Both the position numbers and the translations under genes were made by a program. Shown piece after piece: positions 58,641 through 64,000 of a DNA stretch of 64,000 nt (positions within the stretch are counted from its first letter, which is position 1; every line of letters starts with the position of its first letter). The stretch is from NCBI GenBank assembly GCA_035193785.1, contig CP136572.1, positions 3,060,578-3,124,577 of the forward strand, written 5' to 3'. This stretch comes from Planktothrix sp. GU0601_MAG3 (lineage in GTDB: Bacteria > Cyanobacteriota > Cyanobacteriia > Cyanobacteriales > Microcoleaceae). The notes under the pieces were generated by a model. That model did no database searches. It was not told the origin of the DNA and saw nothing but the letters and a program-made list of their open reading frames with translations.

Positions 58641-58784
58641 GTTAGTCGTTTATTGGTTTAAATACGCAGTTTTCTATCCTCGCATATTTTGTTGGATTTG
58701 TCAACCCCCAATTCCGACTAGATCACCAGGGAAATCAGAACACCCTAGGCAAATTAATCCTAAAGGGTGACTGAAATCCCCAGA

Positions 58785-59501
58785 TTAAACTAGGTCTGCA
58801 ATTTTCAGTTCCCGCAGAGCCGTAATATCCACTTCAATCGATGGCCCCATGGTAGCCGCGACAAACACGCTGCGCCAGTAACGACCTTTAGCCCCAGAGG
58901 GACGGTTGCGGTCAATACATTCTTGCAGGGTGGATAGGTTCACCAGCAAATCCGCAGCCGAAAATCCGGTTTTCCCAAACATAACGTGAACGATCCCTGT
59001 ACGGTCGGCCCGGAATTCTAACTTCCCAGCTTTGAATTCAGCGATCGCACGAGCCACGTCCGTCGTCACCGTTCCCCCTTTCGGAGAAGGCATTAAGCCC
59101 TTCGGCCCTAACAACCGCCCCAGTTTTGCCACTTGAGGCATCATATCCGGTGTGGCAATTAAGCAATCAAAATCCAGCATTCCCTTCTGGATATCATTAA
59201 TTAAATCTTCAGATCCCACAAGATCAGCCCCGGCTGCTTGAGCTTCGGCGACTTTCTCCCCCTTCGTCAATACCGCCACCCGGATCACCTGACCCGTACC
59301 CTTGGGTAAACTCACCGTTGTTCGGAGTTGTTGGTCGGTATATTTGGGATCAAGACCCAAACGAATATGGGCTTCGGCTGATTCAGGAAACTTAGCTGTG
59401 GCGGTTTCCTTTAACAGATTAATCGCCTCTAAAGGTTCGTAGGGTCGGTCTTCAACCTTTTTTCTGAGTTCTCGTAATCGACGGGATTCTTTTCTTGCCA
59501 T
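58785..59501 (-). CDS. rplA: 50S ribosomal protein L1
   Basis: [21 protein letters not shown]. Confidence 0.98.
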   Translation of the reverse strand: MARKESRRLRELRKKVEDRPYEPLEAINLLKETATAKFPESAEAHIRLGLDPKYTDQQLRTTVSLPKGTGQVIRVAVLTKGEKVAEAQAAGADLVGSEDLINDIQKGMLDFDCLIATPDMMPQVAKLGRLLGPKGLMPSPKGGTVTTDVARAIAEFKAGKLEFRADRTGIVHVMFGKTGFSAADLLVNLSTLQECIDRNRPSGAKGRYWRSVFVAATMGPSIEVDITALRELKIADLV

Positions 59502-59659
59502 TCTATATCTCCTGGGGTGATAACGAAGCTAAACTTCTCCCCCAATAAAGGGTTAACAGAAATTACCTGAAATACTCAGGAATTCATTAATTGATTGCCA
59601 TTGAGCTACCCATTGAGACCGCCAACAGTTGAGCGTGCAGTTATCGGTCACAAATCGGC

Positions 59660-60086
59660 TCAATCAACAATGGTTACACCCATATTGCGGGCGGTTCCAG
59701 CCACAATTTTCATGGCCGCGTCCACATCATTGGCATTTAAGTCGGGCATTTTGGTTTCTGCAATTTCTCGTAACTGAGATTGCGTAATTTGGCCGACTTT
59801 CTTGCGGTTCGGTTTCCCCCGAGCCCCGTTCAACTCCAGCAGCTTTCCGAATTAACACCGAAGCCGGAGGGGTCTTGAGAATAAAGGTAAAACTGCGGTC
59901 TTCAAAAACCGAAATTTCCACCGGCACGACAAGACCTGCTTTATCTGCGGTTCTGGCGTTATACTCTTTGCAAAACGCCATAATATTCACCCCATGTTGA
60001 CCCAGGGCTGGGCCGATTGGGGGTGCAGGGTTGGCTTTGCCCGCAGTAATTGCCAACTTAATAACTGCTACAACTTTCTTTGCCAT
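59660..60086 (-). CDS. rplK: 50S ribosomal protein L11
   Basis: [12 protein letters not shown]; 141 aa after removing the extra base at 59812-59816. Confidence 0.97.
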
Positions 60087-60089
60087 TCC

Positions 60090-60764
60090 TTAGCCTTGTT
60101 TTTCTACCTGATTAAACTCTAATTCTACCGGGGTATCCCGTCCAAAAATCGAAAGTAGAGCCTTAAGCTTACTCCGCTCTGGACTGACTTCAATCACGCC
60201 CCCTTCAAAGTCTTTAAATGGCCCTGAAAGCACAATGATATGATCCCCAATCGCCATTGCTGCCTTGACAATCGGTTCCTGTTGTTGCGCTTGTCTGAAG
60301 ATTCGTTCCACCTCGGCATTACTCAAAGGTAGAGGTTTAACGTGACCTCGACCTCGACCGGAATGCCGTTTTTGTTCCGCCCCAACGAAGTTGATAACGT
60401 GCGGCGTGTTCTTGACCACCTGCCAAGCTTCATCGTCAATTTCCCAGCGATTGAGTTCGTTATTCCATTTCAGTCTCATCTGGATGAGAACATAACCTGG
60501 AAACACCTTCTCCTCACCATGTTGACGACTGCCATCTTTCCGCAGTTTAATCATTGGGGTGTGGGGAATTTCCACCTTCAAAATTCGTTCCGCAACATCT
60601 AGGGTTTGTACCCGTTGTTCCAGGTTCGCTTTGACTCGTTTTTCACAGCCAGAAGCCACCTGAACAGCATACCAACGACGCTCTCCCGGTGAAAACTCCT
60701 GGGAATGCTCGTCTGTATCTGCCATTTGGTCTGAATGTTGTGATTCGTCCGATGTAAAAGTCAT
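60090..60764 (-). CDS. nusG: transcription factor NusG
   Basis: WYAVQVASG, VFPGYV, GPFKDF, SIFGRDTPVEL. Confidence 0.97.
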   Translation of the reverse strand: MTFTSDESQHSDQMADTDEHSQEFSPGERRWYAVQVASGCEKRVKANLEQRVQTLDVAERILKVEIPHTPMIKLRKDGSRQHGEEKVFPGYVLIQMRLKWNNELNRWEIDDEAWQVVKNTPHVINFVGAEQKRHSGRGRGHVKPLPLSNAEVERIFRQAQQQEPIVKAAMAIGDHIIVLSGPFKDFEGGVIEVSPERSKLKALLSIFGRDTPVELEFNQVEKQG

Positions 60765-60991
60765 CCGAAGATTTGCCCCGACGCCCAACGAAGGAAGTTG
60801 TCTGCTAAATAGATCAAGCTGGCCGAGAGAGTGACCATCAACAATACCCCTGCCGACTCACTCAAGAGTTGCTGTCGGCCGGGCCAGACCACTTTGTCTA
60901 ATTCCTCTTTTGTTTCTTTGAGGAACGTAGAAGCGTTAAAGCCAGAAGTTGTTTCTTCAATTGCAACTTCTTCTTTCTTGTTGACCACCAT
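60761..60991 (-). CDS. secE: preprotein translocase subunit SecE
   Basis: ELDKVVWP plus one TM; synteny. Confidence 0.95.
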   Translation of the reverse strand: MVVNKKEEVAIEETTSGFNASTFLKETKEELDKVVWPGRQQLLSESAGVLLMVTLSASLIYLADNFLRWASGQIFG

Positions 60992-61170
60992 GAACTCCCC
61001 TTGCGATCTTACGGTATCTGATCCTGATCCTAGCTGAAAGAGGGTCACACAGCCGCCCAAACTTTTAAAACTATCATACTGAACCCCTCAACACAATGTC
61101 CCGATTTGTTGCTTTTCGGAACAATGCCCAGACGAAAGTAATCTTGCGTCTGGGCATTGGAGGTATCCAG

Positions 61171-61243
61171 CGCGCCCTGGAGGACTTGAACCCCCGACAT
61201 CAGGTTTTGGAGACCTGCGTTCTACCAACTGAACTAAGAGCGC
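61171..61243 (-). tRNA. trnW: tRNA-Trp(CCA)
   Basis: GCGCTCTTAGTTCAGTTGGTAGAACGCAGGTCTCCAAAACCTG...GGTTCAAGTCC. Confidence 0.96.
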
Positions 61244-61358
61244 ATAGCGGAGTGGCTGATCTTCTACCTTATTTAGCTTAACACAACTTACAGATTTTAG
61301 TTAAACTTTTTTTCCGATGATCGCCAGGGGAATCATGGAATCTCTGGCGTTGCCCAAA

Positions 61359-61745
61359 TTATAGACTCCGATCAAACCGTTGTTTAACGCGAGTGGCTTT
61401 ACCAATCCGATCGCGGAGATAGAACAGTTTAGCCCGGCGGACTTTACCCCGACGGATAACTTTAATATCTGCAATTCTCGGAGAATGGATTAAGAAAACT
61501 CTCTCAACCCCTACCCCTTGAAAAATCTTCCGCACAGTGATGGTGGCGTTAATCCCGCCATGACGTTTGGCAATCACCACTCCTTCATAGGGCTGAATCC
61601 GTTCTTTCCCGCCCTCTTGAATTTTCACCGCAACCTTGATCGTATCGCCGACATAAATCTCGGGAAGATCGGGTTTATTGAGTTGCTGTCGGAGGCTTTC
61701 AATTTCTGCCGTTTCAATAGAACGGATAATTTCTCCCGCTTTCAT
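61359..61745 (-). CDS. rplS: 50S ribosomal protein L19
   Basis: [30 protein letters not shown] at 61745. Confidence 0.97.
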   Translation of the reverse strand: MKAGEIIRSIETAEIESLRQQLNKPDLPEIYVGDTIKVAVKIQEGGKERIQPYEGVVIAKRHGGINATITVRKIFQGVGVERVFLIHSPRIADIKVIRRGKVRRAKLFYLRDRIGKATRVKQRFDRSL

Positions 61746-61842
61746 GATAATTTTCCAAAACTCACAAGATCCGATTATAGATCGAAAAGGACTGTAAAAT
61801 CCATAGGATTCACCTGGATTCACAAAGATGTTAGACCAATCC

Positions 61843-63115
61843 ATGACCGTCTTCGTTGAAATTGTGTTGCTGTGCGGGTTAGCCTTCTATGTTGCCTGTA
61901 ATCTAGGGGCTAATGATGTGGCAAACTCGATGGGGACATCGGTGGGTTCCAAGGCGTTGACTCTGAAACAAGCAATCATCGCCGCCGGGATTTTAGAGTT
62001 TACCGGGGCAGTATTTTTTGGAGAGCGAGTCTCTAAAACCTTAGCTACGGGGGTTGTTAACCCGGAAGTTTTTATCTCCACCCCACAAGTCTTTGTGATC
62101 GGGATGGTATCGGTATTGCTTTCGGCGGGAGTCTGGTTACAAATTGCTACCCGTCAGGGATTACCCGTATCTTCGTCCCATGCGGTGGTGGGGGCGATCG
62201 CCGGATTTAGTTGTATTGCCGCTGGGGTCAAGGCGGTTAACTGGCAAACCATCGGTTTAATATCCTTGAGTTGGTTAATTGTTCCCGTACTCAGTGGTCT
62301 GATTTCGGCTTTATTTTATAAGCTGATCAAATATTGGATTTTAGACCAACCCGATCCCTATCGCCAAATCCAAGAATGGATTCCCTGGTTAAGTAGTATC
62401 TTAATCGGAATTTTTGGGGTGATTGTCTTCCCGACTTTGAGTTCACCCTTGCAAAATATCCTAACCGAATGGGGGTGGACGTTACCCGTCCATGATATTC
62501 CTTTAGGGATTGGGGTGATCGCGGCGGTCAGTTTAACTGGATTCAGTTGGCGACAATTGGATCAACAGCAGCAGGGTGTTAGTTTCTGATTCCCTACCTG
62601 AAAAATTTCCTGGGATCGAAAAACAACTGGCGGGATTTCAGGTGATTAGTGCCTGTTTTGTAGCTTTTGCCCACGGGTCAAATGATGTGGGAAATACCAT
62701 CGCCCCCCTAGCCGCGATTTTAGCGGTAATTAAAACGGGTTCAGTCCCCCTGGACGATATTGAAATCCCGATTTGGATTTTACTATTAGGGGGGAGTGGG
62801 ATTGTCACCGGGCTCGCCATCTGGGGTGAAAATGTGATTAAAACCGTCGGAGAAAATATTATTTCCCTGGTTCCGAGTCAGGGATTGTGTGCGGAATTGG
62901 CCACGGCTGCCACCGTATTATTGGCGTCCCGTTTGGGATTACCCGTTTCCACTTCCCATGCGTTGGTGGGGGGGGTGGTGGGCATTGGACTGGTACAGGG
63001 GGGAAAAGAGGTTCGCCTGGATACCGTCCGTTCCATTGTCTTAGCCTGGGTGATTACTGTTCCTAGTGCGGCTATAATCAGTGGGATTTTATTTAAAATA
63101 TTCAATGGATTATAA
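61843..63115 (+). CDS. PiT family inorganic phosphate transporter
   Basis: [27 protein letters not shown]; extra base at 62582-62586. Confidence 0.92.
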
Positions 63116-63337
63116 AATATGGCACATTAAAAACGAGCGTGTCTTTACACGCCGAGTGAGCTATTGTTGAGTTTAGGTTTTTGGGGATAATTCTTCCCTG
63201 GCTTTGCCATTTTTCCCGTTGTGCCTTTATCGGTAGAGACTAGAATTTCTAGTCTGTAAATTGTGAAACCCGGTATGCAGCGTTGGTATGAGTGGCGTCA
63301 TGGCTGAATCAGCAGATCAATAAGAGGTTAATCACGA

Positions 63338-64000
63338 ATGGGGACACAGGACAATCAACCGCCACCTTTAGGATTGGGAGAAACCACATCCGCAGAAATA
63401 ATCCTAAGTTCGGTGATACAGGAATTAGAAACCTTCCATCACCAGATTAAGGAAAGATATCTGTCAGATATCCAACGACTCGAAACGGATAAAGTTCGTT
63501 TAATTGAGGATATTGAAAATCTGCAAACGGAATATCGGCTACTGCAATCCCAGCAGTTACAAACGCTGTCCGATCGCCTTCCGCCCAATCGAGCTTGGCT
63601 CAAACAACTGACCCAAATTGTGGCGCGTGATGTGGAACAAGCTTTGATCGCACGCATTAATCAAATTAAAGCAGCCAGTGATCCGCCTTTATTAGCGGCG
63701 GATGCGAGTGGACTGCTTCCGAGTGGCGATCTCGGTGAGGAAAATTTCAATAATCGAGAGTTGGAAGCGGTTTTGGAAACCAGTCTGAACCAAACTTTTC
63801 AAAGTTTACAGCAGGAGTTAGGTGACTATCAAAGTAACCTATCTCGACGGTTGAACCATATGCAAACCTTGGAACAGCAGGTGGAAGCATTGCTGGAAAC
63901 CATTGTTAATCGTTTGCAAGAACAGGTGGAAACACCAACGGTGCGGGGGGAGGGTTCCCGTCCAGAACTAGCAGGTGGACGTCCTGACTCCCTGACCCCA
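63338..64000 (+). CDS. sepJ: SepJ/FraG-like septal protein, N-terminal coiled-coil part (runs off window)
   Basis: Open from ATG 63338: VIQELETFHHQI...IQRLETDKVRLIEDI...FQSLQQELGDYQSNLSRRLNHM resembles the SepJ coiled coil; permease domain not visible. Confidence 0.6.
   Translation, partial: MGTQDNQPPPLGLGETTSAEIILSSVIQELETFHHQIKERYLSDIQRLETDKVRLIEDIENLQTEYRLLQSQQLQTLSDRLPPNRAWLKQLTQIVARDVEQALIARINQIKAASDPPLLAADASGLLPSGDLGEENFNNRELEAVLETSLNQTFQSLQQELGDYQSNLSRRLNHMQTLEQQVEALLETIVNRLQEQVETPTVRGEGSRPELAGGRPDSLTP

Noticed and set aside
1347..63115. Mass pseudogenisation or programmed frameshifting of split genes
   Set aside because: Essential genes are hit, there are no accompanying nonsense mutations, and the motif occurs in both orientations relative to the coding strand, which a ribosomal slippage signal would not.

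Overview
64 kb of chromosome from a filamentous, probably non-heterocystous cyanobacterium. Planktothrix-like Oscillatoriales is inferred from dense HIP1 GCGATCGC octamers, 7-bp STRR arrays, ccmS, gifA and a sepJ-like gene. Housekeeping content: pckA, icd, acnB, argJ, leuB, rsmI, the rplS-trnW-secE-nusG-rplKAJL cluster, tRNA-Ala(CGC), glucan enzymes, a PiT transporter and a diguanylate cyclase. Accessory content: toxin-antitoxin cassettes, a STAND ATPase facing a propeller/C39-peptidase gene, an RTX surface protein, a c-di-AMP-riboswitch antiporter operon, a Cache adenylate cyclase / PG-binding SBP / DAACS symporter / racemase module, an AAA-ATPase plus PIN-like pair, and three tandem gifA (IF7) genes behind an NtcA box. 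The strongest signal is that 33 of the 34 reading-frame breaks I traced are repaired by removing 1 (twice 2) extra bases inside GAAC/GTTC (written GAAAC/GTTTC). This includes essential ribosomal-protein genes, while identical-context GAAC copies are unaffected. It looks like a basecalling footprint of partial site-specific DNA modification, and GAAC/GTTC is the known Dnd phosphorothioate motif. Split genes are therefore reported as single CDSs. No CRISPR array, transposase or dnd gene is visible in the window.
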